A stretch of 20,051 bases of DNA from Azolla caroliniana. Taxonomy: Eukaryota > Plantae > Polypodiophyta. Every line of letters begins with the position of its first letter. Positions within the stretch are counted from its first letter, which is position 1. Shown here one piece after another: positions 1 to 10,869 of the stretch. The notes under the pieces were generated by a model. That model worked only from the letters and a program-made list of their open reading frames with translations, searched no databases and was not told the DNA's origin. Location of the stretch: the NCBI GenBank assembly GCA_043228905.1, contig JBHGNT010000581.1:1-20051 (forward strand), read 5' to 3'. Both the position numbers and the translations under genes were made by a program.

Positions 1-3000
1 AAGCTACACCTAGAGGATAAAGACTGTGAATTTGTAGTCATCTACCTAGGAATAGACTCCCTTGTCAAGCATTGTCCAAAAAGGTTTTTTTTTCCATAAA
101 ATTATCCTCCATTGGTATTAAAATTAGAGTGGCCAAAGGCAATATACAAAATAGTCCACTGTTACAATGAACATTGAATATCTTGTTACCTTCGTCACTA
201 ATTAGCATCACATTTTACCAAAAGGATTAACATGACTCATATCTTGGTGTGTTGCACCTCCAAGGGTCATCACTGAGTCTTGATGGGTCGTCTTCCTCTC
301 GATGGGCTAACTAAGGGATTGAAGGATGTCACTTACCATGTCACACATCAATACATAAAAACACTTGCCTCTTCACTCCATGCAATCACAAAATCCTTGA
401 AAGGCTTCTTAAGCTAATATAAATTAAGACACACTTAATCACTACACTAATTAAGAAATAAGTTAGTCTCAATTAAATAGATAATCACAGTATAAGAAAC
501 ATAAAAGGTATCCTAATTACTAAATAATAAAAATGTATATCTTCATTAATTATGCGGAAAAACTACATAGAGGAAAGTGACTCTTAGTAGATGTAAAGGA
601 GAGAGAATGATGAACAAAAGGTAGCCCCAAAGTTAGAGTTCTTGGCCTCCTATATAAGCTGGAAATCCTAGAGGGTCCCTCTCACATTACAAGCCCATAT
701 ATTCCAAGATTGTGACTAACTACCCCAAATCTATTGATATTTCTTGCCTTTGCCCTACGCTTATTAATATGATTTTCGAATGTGTGCTTCAATTGAGTTT
801 AGGTTGTCGGTTTGCATTGCCTAATGCCTCACATATTCAATGATGATGGCATTGATTGTAGCTTCTAGAGTTTTGATGTTGGCGTTCACCCATGTTGTAA
901 AAAAGATCATGCAAGCCTTTGGAGGCAAATAGAAGAATATGACAAGGGTTATATCATTGGGTCCAATGACTTCTTACATTGTTCAAGTGTTTCAATTTCA
1001 TCCAAGATCCACCACATTACATGTTCAATTGGTTGAGATAATTGAATCTCCATTTTGTTTTACACTTATTACCTAGAGCAATGTATTTCAACATGAATGA
1101 ATATGGCAACATAAAACCAATCAAATTGTGTTTAGGAATTTATACATCTTGAATGATCCATTATTAATGAGATTTTCTTGAATCCCTACTCCAAAGCTTC
1201 GGGTCACAATCACACAAACATTTTTCAAGCACAATCAGTAAGTGTTGCATATGCAAGTGGCAAAGTTTGAAGGAAAAAACAACGTTGGTAATAATGCAAC
1301 ATGGTCATCATAGTACAATAATATCATCAAATAACAATGGTGCTTGTAGAGTGAGGCTAATGATGTGATTGTCAGGCAAAAATAGGGGGGTTTATGTCCA
1401 ACTAGATTTAAAATGTTTTACCATAACTTAAGGGTATCTTTCATATTTCAATGAATGCGGGCAAGCATTTTGTTGAGTCAAACTATACAACATGTCTAGT
1501 GTTGGAGCCACATTCCACTCTATTCTAATATATTTATACCACAAACCTTAACAATTCATGATACATTGTTTCGGACATAATTTCATGTTCTAATATAAAC
1601 TAAATGCTTATTCTCCACAAAGTCGTCAGCGTTTGAAAGAATTGCCTTTTCAGAGTACCAAGGACTTCAAGAACATCTACCTAATCAAATGCATGTTATT
1701 GAGCCACGTCTCAGAATTTTTTGTTCAAGTCTTAAACCTATTTAGATAGCACCCCACAAATGCTTCAATGGGAAAATGCCTACTTTTCTTGAATTTTCCT
1801 AGTAAGAACATTCTCTCATGGGAGAACTAAACGCGACTCTTCCCGAGAGGTGTTTTGGAAGAATGGTTTGCCAATCAAGCGTTGAATCATATCCCATCTT
1901 CAACCATTTACTCTTTGTGTCCTCCTCTTACACACATAGATACGGAGCTCCCCTCAAGGATGCATCCCATACACACTAAATATAAAGATTGTAACTAGCT
2001 GACAAACCACAAAGCAACATGTTCATTACACTTAGAGGTAACCTAACTATAACGCATATATACCTTCAACTTTTCTTCATCTCGGCCTTAAATCTTCCAT
2101 TGTGATTCTTTTTATAATGACTCCAAGTTCAATCATCCTTCGATGATCGATAGCAAGAACACCTCTTGCCTCATGTTAATTTGCATGCTTTGATTCAATT
2201 CTAAAACCCTTGAAGGCACAAGGGACAAGCTTCATCTGTTTCTCATCATAGTGCTCGCATTATTAACTCTTAGCTATCAATTACCAATTACTTCATCATG
2301 TCCACACCTTCCCTAAGAGGAAATTTGCCTATGAGCAACAAAGTGTTAAGAAATTTAAGAGCACATTGCCAAAAAAACATTGGAAGTTAGAGCTACATTT
2401 TAAAAGTTTTTATGCCAAAAAATTAAAATGGTTGAAACCAACATATGCTACACCTATAATTATGTATTCTAGACAAAATTATTCTTCTAAAGCGACTAAA
2501 TATTTCCAAATACTTAATTGCAATATTCAATATTTAAGAACATATAACCAAGACAATAGTGAAACTTTTAATTTGAGTCAATTCAATCTTTTATATGTTG
2601 TCAATAATGTTTATGTAAATGTGTATTGTCATATAGGAAATTTTGAACATTAACATTAAGTCAAGCATGTTGAAAATTTGGACTTTACAAAGAGAACCAT
2701 TTTCATAAATATAAAATGTTTTCCTAAGTTCCCATAAAATTCATGCATTTTCTCATATTTCCCTATTATACCTAGCATAGAACTTGGACGATTCCTAAAT
2801 AAAAGCCTCTCAAATGACATCGAGTTGACCACGGATTATATGTCCTAGCAACTTATAACCACATTTCGGGTGTTATTGTTTTAAAAATAAAATAAAAGAG
2901 AACAACTCTGCCACAAACAACAAACCTAGAGGTATTAAAGTAATCCCACCAAGCAATATGTTGTTTGAGAAGACTTGCAATGCAATTGCTGCGATGTCGG

Positions 3001-3126
3001 GATTATTGTTTAACCATCAAAATTGATATATTGAAGAAATCATGCTTCATGATCGAGCAAAATTAGGTTTCTTTTCTTTTCCATAGTAAGGGCTTCATAT
3101 GTTCCGTGTTGTATGTTGTCTGCGAG

Positions 3127-3134
3127 GCCACGTA
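3127..3134 (-). promoter_or_regulatory. ABRE/G-box-like element TACGTGGC upstream of the CBE1-like gene
   Basis: GCCACGTA on the + strand, about 600 bp upstream of the leader exon. A short motif that may occur by chance. Confidence 0.2.
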
Positions 3135-3547
3135 GTTCATTCCATAGCATTTGCAACAAAATAGTTCTTTTTCAGCTCCGAACAAGAAGTTGAATCTTTC
3201 TCCCCTCTCTAGAATCAAAACAATTAAGTAGCATTATCTGCCACTCGAAGAAGCATAGCAAAGGGGGGAGTGCGCCGCATTGTGCTTCGCACGTAATGTC
3301 TTGTTCAATACTCCTTTAATGTACTTCATTCTCACTTAATTTTAAATCAATAATTAATGTGTCTTGTAATATTTAAAAGTAGTTTCTTGGTTATGCTTCA
3401 TAACATTGGGGAAAACAATCTATCTATCTATCGATCCATATTACCATCTCTAGGTGTAGGAGTTCTTTCTAGTAGAGGGACGTTTTTACTAGGGAAGGCA
3501 GGGGGGTATAGGTGTGTGAATTTGGAAAACATAGGGGCATTTTGCCT

Positions 3548-3574
3548 TATGTATGTATGTATGTGTCTATGTAC

Positions 3575-3630
<56 letters not shown>

Positions 3631-3642
3631 GTGTCTATGTAC

Positions 3643-3673
<31 letters not shown>

Positions 3674-3677
3674 TGTA
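3548..3677. repeat. (TATG)n microsatellite, interrupted twice by the same GTGTCTATGTACA variant
   Basis: Directly visible; it produces the spurious MYVC-repeat ORFs. Confidence 0.95.
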
Positions 3678-3704
3678 CGTATAATATGTACATTTAGTCA
3701 TAAC

Positions 3705-3705
<1 letters not shown>

Positions 3706-3734
<29 letters not shown>
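3706..3734. repeat. (GA)n microsatellite
   Basis: Directly visible immediately before the putative first exon. Confidence 0.95.
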
Positions 3735-3737
<3 letters not shown>

Positions 3738-4010
3738 CAACTCATAACACAGAAAATGGAGCTGGTAATGGGTCGCATGTTTCTCAATATCTCACGGAGT
3801 TATTCAAGGTACATACCCCTTTTTTTCTTCATCCTCTTTCTTTCTCTCTCTCTCTCTCTCTCATCATTTGCATTTAAAGAGATTGTTGTTCTTCTCTTTC
3901 TACTCTAATTCATATTTTTCTTCTTTGCTAACTAAGATTCAGCAGATCAGAGCTTCGTTTTCATGCTCTTTCATCTCTAATCATTTGGCATATTGATCAT
4001 CCATTAACAG
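3735..4010 (+). other. Probable 5' leader exons of the CBE1-like gene (~3735-3808 and 3943/3946-4010)
   Basis: Donors AAG|GTACAT (3808/3809) and CAG|GTACTC (4010/4011). The intervening intron is pyrimidine-rich with a (CT)n tract and a tandem CAGCAG acceptor at 3940-3945. The segment follows a (GA)n tract. The transcription start is not determined. Confidence 0.5.
3844..3862. repeat. (CT)n microsatellite in the leader intron
   Basis: Directly visible. Confidence 0.9.
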
Positions 4011-4681
4011 GTACTCTTGATCATAATTATGTTAATGATTTGGAAAATTCTGAATTAAATCTAGGATATGATATGATTATATGCTCTTGGTCTCTAAAAG
4101 ATTTTTACATTATGCAAGTACTCTATATTCTAATGTTGTATGGTATGTTACATAATCTACGAGTAGAGTGATGTATATATGTATGTATGCGTGTATGTAC
4201 GTATATATGTAACTATGCATGTGTTTATATAGGTACCTTTATTTTTGTAACCGGTTATAATCATATGTATGCACAAGTTCTAATTATGAACATATTATAT
4301 AAGTTATTATACATATGTATGTAGTTATGTATATACACATACGCATACACATGTATATTTATGTATTTACATCCAGTTATGTGCATATTATACAAGGCTC
4401 CTATGCATACATACACGTTAGATTGTCTACTCTGTACATATATATGGATATATATTTAGTTGCTTATACAAATAATAATATGCTCATAAATAGAACTAGA
4501 TGAGATAATGAACAAGTGTATTTATATACACACTTACACATGTATATACAATGTGCAGACATAGACATCGATATAAGCATACATATATATCCATACACAC
4601 ATTATATATTTGTGTGTTACTATACATAATTGAGGATGAGGCTTACAAGAATTGTGTGTTTTATTATTCTCCTGGTATAGA

Positions 4682-7600
4682 ATGATGGGACAAGATGGAT
4701 TCAAACACACGGTCGCACCGAGAGATTGTGATTCAACACCATTGATCAATACGTATCGTGCATTGTTTTTTATTCATTAGCCTAATTACTGTAGAGATGT
4801 TGAACAAATCTTTCTTCCATTTCTCTAGTGTGTTTAATATTCTTTTCCTTGATGTTTAATTGGTCTTCAGGCCAGGAAAATGTATGTATAGTAAAGACTT
4901 CCTTCTCAGTCTTTCCAAGCTTGAACATTGCAAGATACAACCTGTGGGACTAGATCCATTCCTGCTAAGGTAGTACTTAATGTATATAATCCATTTCTAT
5001 ATTTTTAATAGGTATCCCCTTCACCAAACGGTAGTTTCATGTATTGAGCTACGAATAATAAAGTTTGAGTTTCATGTCTTATATAAGAATATCCTCACTT
5101 TTAACCTTCAAAATTTCCAGAGATCAATCCCAACTCCATGTGGGTACAACATCAACTTCTTTAGGCTTTGGAAAGCACAGAAGGCAAGTCAATATATATG
5201 CATATATATTTATCTATTGTTGATGATTGAAATTAGATGGTTTTGTCATTGTATCAAGTTCTAAATCTATTAACACATCCTATTACATTGAGTTTTTCAT
5301 CTGGTCAACATTTTAACTCAATACTTATATATTCATTCATACATCTAATTCTACATTTCGACCACATTGTAGTTCACACTAATACATCCATTCATACATC
5401 CGATTTTTTCATTTGGTCAACATTATAACTCACTAATAGATTCATTCATACGACTAATTTTACTTGTCTGACAACATTTTAACTCATACTAATATATTCA
5501 AGTGCCTTGTCACCATATGCAGCGAGAGAATTTCCGAGTGCTTTCCTGATAGGCAATGGCAAAGACCTCCAACCCTTGTAGGAAGATCTTTCCGCCAGCC
5601 AGATGTGAAGAAAACAGATCCCAATAACATGTTTTCTCGATCTGCACCCACAAGTAAATTTCCTGTTCTCTTTTTCCAATACATTAAAGCAATTTTGTAA
5701 TCACTAGTAAACTTGTTAGTGTTAAGTGCTATCCCCAAAAACCCACAAGAACACCATGAACTAAAAAGCCATAGGTATATGCTGCTTTCATTAAAAATTA
5801 GTTCGAATGATTGACATTAATATGGTTTCACTATAAGCCTGAGGATACATGTCTAACTATAGGTAGCTATGGGGTATATGGCCCTTTATTAAAGATCAGT
5901 AGATATTGGAGGCGTATATAAGTATGTAGTATTATTCATGGGAGTCAAAATCCCAGGAAGCATTGATCTGTAGCTAGATTTAATTTGTTTGCTTGATTGG
6001 TGCACGAGATTGGGCTAAACAATTATGGTTTTATGTTTCAATGCTTGCTTATTATTGACAGGTTTCTTGTGTAGGTGGTGGGTTTTTGCATGGTGCTGGA
6101 ATGGCACGCTCCAAGGTCGTTGAAAACCGCGATGGACTTTTAGGTAGTGGTGATCAAATTTCACAAAGAGGTATTTACTATATTTGAAATTTAATTCAAA
6201 ATACCTCTCTTAGAATATCACTATTCCCAAAGAGGTATAAGTGATGAAGTTCAATTTCAAAATAGCATTCTTGGTGGGATGAATCTGTCAGCATTAATAG
6301 GTTTTATCTTTCCAAAATCTGTTTCACTGATTTTCTTTTCGTAAACAACAGATCCACTTGAATTTAAAGAGCGGTCAAAAAAGAACATTGAAGAGCATAC
6401 TGCAACTCGACCTGATGTGTCTAGAGGAACTGCATGCTTTATTCCTATCACTTTCTCTCAAGGCTTTTCTCCTGGGTCCAAAAGGGATGATGATATGGTG
6501 GCAGCAGTCAAGGTATGTGCAGTGAATAATTAACCCAAATACACAGTAGTAACATCAGTATAATCCCTACCAAAGTTTTAAGAGATTTACCAGAATACCC
6601 TTTTTATAGTACAACATATGTTACCATGCAAGATGGGTATTCTGGTAAAAACATTCATAGTTTGGTGTTTTGCCCTAATAAGGGTAATCACCATACAATA
6701 GTTAATGGATAGTGTAATTCCGCTCTCCCCCAAAAGAAGACTCGATCTCGAGTTGATTGGCACAAGGATTGACATTTTGTTCTTGATTATTAATTCTAAT
6801 ATGTTTATTGCGTGTTTTCTAGGGTCCATATGGTGAGAGAAACAGAGAAATTTACTTAGCAACATCGGAGAATTCTGGAAAGCAAGAGATTGTGCCTGAG
6901 ACATTGCCTTATACTGACAATAATACACATCAAGAAATGCAAAAAGAAATTATGAATAGAGCGCGCTTGTTAGAGTTACTTCGCATTGTTGCTCATGAGA
7001 GTAGACCCACGACTCCTCATGATGTTGTAGTAGATAATATCATCCAAGAGACCAAGGAAAACAAGGGTGAGGAAGGCGATAAAATACTTCTTCTCGAGAA
7101 GCTGTTTGGGAAGGACTTCATAAATCACTTATACACGGCAGCAAAACAAGCATCAAACTCGAACATGAACTCAGCATTGAACGAAGAAAATAAGGCCTTT
7201 CTGGATGCTTTGCATATTGCACAATTAAGCAAGCTATTGAATGAAAATAAAGGAGCGTCATCGACTTATACTCCTTACATAGGAGATTTTCCGCCAGTAA
7301 TAAACTCACATGAAATGAATGGGCCGAAGATACCCATTCTCTATCCAGGAATGATATCACCAGGTCGATTATCACCCGGATTGTCATCAGGCCAAGTATC
7401 ACCCAAATTGCCATCTGGTCAGCTATCACCTGGAGATTCACCGGTGAGTCCTTTCGCATTTGGGGCTAGGAGGGGTACTGGATCATTCATGCCTGATTAT
7501 AGTAAACACCAAAAGGGTAAGAAACATATTAGTGGTGGTCTCCCTCCAACATCACCCAATACACTTCCCCATAAGGAGCTTCCTACTTCTCAAGATAAAA

Positions 7601-7977
7601 ATAACAATACCAAAACTAACAATCAAATCACATCATCACCATCACCATCATCTCCATGGCCACCTAACTTCCCCTTCCATCTTCTTCAAGGCAATTTTAT
7701 TCCATCACTAGGAGGATCACAACCTCCGTGGGGAATGTATGGTATGCCATTTGCTCTTCCGTTAGAGTCATCGGAACAATTGGGGCTCAACTTGATGCAA
7801 CAGCTCCAACTTCAAGCTCTTAATAACAAGCCATTGGATGGGTTGCTTGAAGCATATCAACGGTTGCAAGCACCCGAACAAGAAATAACTGGTCCAACTT
7901 TGATGGCCTCACTTAACCAACTCCATAGAACTAGATCACTAGACCAGTTGCATAGAACCAAAACATTTGTTGGATAG
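4682..7977 (+). CDS. CBE1: Spliced CBE1-like (Conserved Binding of eIF4E 1) eIF4E-binding protein, 591 aa; coding exons 4682-4752, 4871-4969, 5121-5183, 5523-5653, 6075-6170, 6352-6512, 6823-7977
   Basis: Manual splicing gives 1776 nt of open frame with matching intron phases (2,2,2,1,1,0). All introns are GT-AG except 5184-5522 (AAG|GCAAGT, GC-AG). Translation begins MMGQDGFKH..., then PGKCMYSKDFLLSLSKLEHCKIQP (YxxxxLphi motif), ENRDGLLGSG, RARLLELLR and LLEKLFG. From memory these blocks match Arabidopsis CBE1 (YTRKFLISLSE..CKKLP, EHDGLLGKG, RRASFELLRK) in the same order. The 6892-7977 ORF is the last exon, extended to the acceptor at 6821-6822. The first coding exon has a weak donor (AC|GTATCG) and is the least certain. 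Confidence 0.75.
4887..4907 (+). other. Canonical eIF4E-binding motif Y-x-x-x-x-L-phi (YSKDFLL)
   Basis: tat agt aaa gac ttc ctt ctc lies in the open frame of exon 4871-4969, which is bounded by ttcag| and |gtagta. Confidence 0.75.
5293..5500. repeat. Degenerate ~55-bp intronic minisatellite, about 4 copies
   Basis: A recurring unit like TTTTTCATYTGGTCAACATTWTAACTCA..CTAATA.ATTCATTCATAC starts at about 5293, 5350, 5405 and 5460. Confidence 0.7.
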
Positions 7978-9789
7978 GACCCTAAATCGTTTGTAAAAGA
8001 AGGCTTGGCTTGATTATGGTCTTTTGGTTGGCTTCTTTTCTATTATTTATGTTTTTTATAATGGAACATGGAAAAGGTGAAAATGTTTCATTGTATGTTC
8101 ACTCCTATCCAAAAATAAGCTGCAATTACCTTGAATATGTACTGAAGGTGATGGATATTTGATGGATGACACAAGAATGATTTTGCATTGTGATGAATGT
8201 GATAAATTTAGGGTCGTTAAAATCCCCAAAATGATAATTACATTTTCCTGAATAGCTTTCCAAAATTGAGCTTGAATATGTTTTTCACGGTTATGAATAA
8301 TTGATGGATGATGCATCAATGGTCTTGCATGGTAACAAAGTTGATGAATTTGGTCTCATGAAAATAACGATTATGTATTCATAAATAAATAACGAAACAA
8401 ACAAACAAAGCATTACATTCTAAAGCACAATTAACAACCATTGGCTTCATACAAGTTATTGCTTACAAGTTATTTGAAGAACTTCTCAAAATCCAAATCT
8501 AATTTATCGAAGAGTGAGTTTGCTTATAAGCTTTCTCCATAAGAAGGATATGATGTTTTGACATAATTATCTCAATTCTATCAAAACAATCTATTGAGTT
8601 ACAAGATCCGTGTGTTAGATCTGATAGAGAAGTGGGATCTTTTCCTTGTCGAAAAATATTCCATTTCTAGCAACAATGAGACAAAGAAGCATTCTCCCTC
8701 CCATTAGGATCATTAACTTATGAGGGAACTTCATTAGTAGTGCCCATAGAAAGTAGACAATTTGTTGTGTTTAGGAATATAATATCTTATTCCCACTTCT
8801 TGTTGGTGAGGTTATCAACAAGAAAATTGCAAGACACTCTAATTTTGAGCACCTCTTGTTTACTAAAAGACTTTCAATTTACTTTAGCAATGGTATTGTG
8901 TAAATCACTTGACCTGCCACATCATGACAATGCTCCTATAACTTACCTCGTGTATGACTAAAGAAAGAGCTTTTAAATTTTACAAACAATAGTTTTTCAT
9001 TCAACATAAAAACTTACCCTTTTAACTTCTTGATGAATCCTTCATCATCTCTAAACAAACCATTAGTAACTCCTTGTTCTATTGTGAAGCTTTGATACGT
9101 AGGAGGATTGAGAATCCGTTTAGACGATAGTACTTGTTGGACCTTTAGAAATTTATCGATTGGTTGGCTGGTTCAGAGGTATCAGAGTTGGATCCACTCT
9201 TGATGGTACATGAGTGGGCAATACGCATAATATTTTTACGAATCCAAGAGTTCATGCATTCAATTTGAGAATGGGAAGGTTGGGGTAGAAAAAGTTGTTG
9301 GAAATCTTATTTTTGCATCAAAGAAAAATAATGCTTCAAGGAAAAAAATATCATCTTTAAAAAGAAAAAAGTATAGTTGAAATTCGAGGCTCAATCAATA
9401 CGTCTTTCTTCAACAAAAGATTATTTGTCCATGGAACAACATCTAGCAGGTTGTTGTGAGTCTCACATTCAATATAAGCTAGCAAGATACCTAATTCTAC
9501 TAGTTCTTCACAATGAGGAGAGACCAGATCTCGAGTCCTCCCCATCCTATTGCAAGGTGACATCTGTTAAGTACCTGTCATACACTTTCAACAACCTTGA
9601 GTTGGGCATTGGTGCACAAGAGACAAGTCCACATGTAATAAAAGAGGAAAATATATAAAATCCTAGGATATATTACCCTTCTTGCAATAGCTATTGGGAG
9701 CTATTCTAGTGTGAAAAGGCCTAAACTATTGTGTATGACTACATTGCATTCAACATTGTAAATAATCCTAATCAAGACATTAGATTAAA

Positions 9790-10335
9790 TGGAAGCTGAA
9801 AGCTTCCTTTTTGTCCCATCCCAATAATTGTGACGTTGCCAAAACCTCCAATTGTATAGAATTAACAAACATGCTCCCCAGAGAAGGATGCAATAGTTTG
9901 AAATCCAATCCACTTTGTCAAGCTTCTATTAAATTATTTATGACCGAAGAACCTTGACACTTCATAGTTGTTTTAGAATTCACCACTTTCCACCAACTTG
10001 TCTCAAGTTTCATGTTCCCAGCTTGATTTGTCTTTACAATAAACCATGCTACCATTTTTGTCTCAGATGGCACACCTTGAAAAATAAATCTACACAAAGA
10101 AACCGTCTAAGCCCCATCTGATCATATAAGCTCAATATTATTGCATTGCCAAGTCGTTCAGGAGTACAAATATGATTTCATGCTAGACAAGAAATACTAG
10201 AATCCCACTTCCTCTTCCATGATAATAATTGTTAACCAACTCTATCAAACTAAACATTGGTTACAAATGAAGGAACAAGTTTAACGCCAAGTAATAATGG
10301 AATAGAGAGATTGTGGCATAATGTGACATGGCCCA
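9790..10335 (-). mobile_element. Decayed LINE ORF2 fragment (region downstream of the RT domain)
   Basis: The minus strand reads ...ICTPERLGNAIILSLYDQMGLRR..., resembling the W..IC.PK..GG.GI.DL block of plant L1-type ORF2. It has many stops and frameshifts; boundaries are approximate. Confidence 0.5.
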
Positions 10336-10869
10336 AGGATGTTGTAAAAGTTATAAAAGACTCCTTTATACATATTTTAAGGTTATTCTTAACATTTTAG
10401 AGAACTTTGAACTAGAGGTTAAGCTTCTCCTACTATTCATGCCTGTCTAAACTATAACCTTAATCCTAACATTTCCTCTACTATTCTAAGACACAAAACT
10501 TGAGCTTCGAGCATAAGTGTTTGGGTCAATTGTAACTTGTTGGAAATTACCTCTAAGGCCATCAATTGTGCTTGTTTTTTCCTTTCTTGCATCTTTCCCT
10601 AATAGTTGATATTAAGTTTTTATTTATTTTAAACCCTAAAGTTTACATAGAAAAAACAGAAGGAGACATTTCCTCTCAGTTCTTATTACATAATTGATAT
10701 TAAGTTATTAAGAGTGTTTATATTTAAACTCATTTACGTCCATTTAGGTATTAGGTTTACAACTTTCATTGTTCATTTGTTAATATTCACAAGTAGGCTC
10801 AGAATTCGATAGACATCCACTCCTCATCCCACCAACAATAAAGTAGCTATTGTCGCAACCCCATAGATC

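Noticed and set aside
1-2700. Probable decayed transposon or LTR sequence, and ORF 2366-2653
   Set aside because: It looks repeat-derived, but I found no diagnostic domain, terminal repeat or TSD. The ORF starts at TTG, is AT-rich and is unrecognisable.
3357-3707. ORFs of 116 aa and 61 aa with MYVC repeats
   Set aside because: They are translations of the (TATG)n microsatellite.
6062-6074. Alternative acceptor at 6061/6062
   Set aside because: Its phase is incompatible with the upstream exon ending at 5653; the acceptor at 6074/6075 keeps the frame.
7118-7711. Overlapping ORFs 7118-7459 (-) and 7460-7711 (+, poly-His)
   Set aside because: Alternative frames of the CBE1-like last exon; the His run is the SPSPSS codon repeat read out of frame.
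10340-10840. Possible solo LTR (TGTTG...CAACA) inserted in the LINE
   Set aside because: No matching target-site duplication found, and no PBS or PPT.
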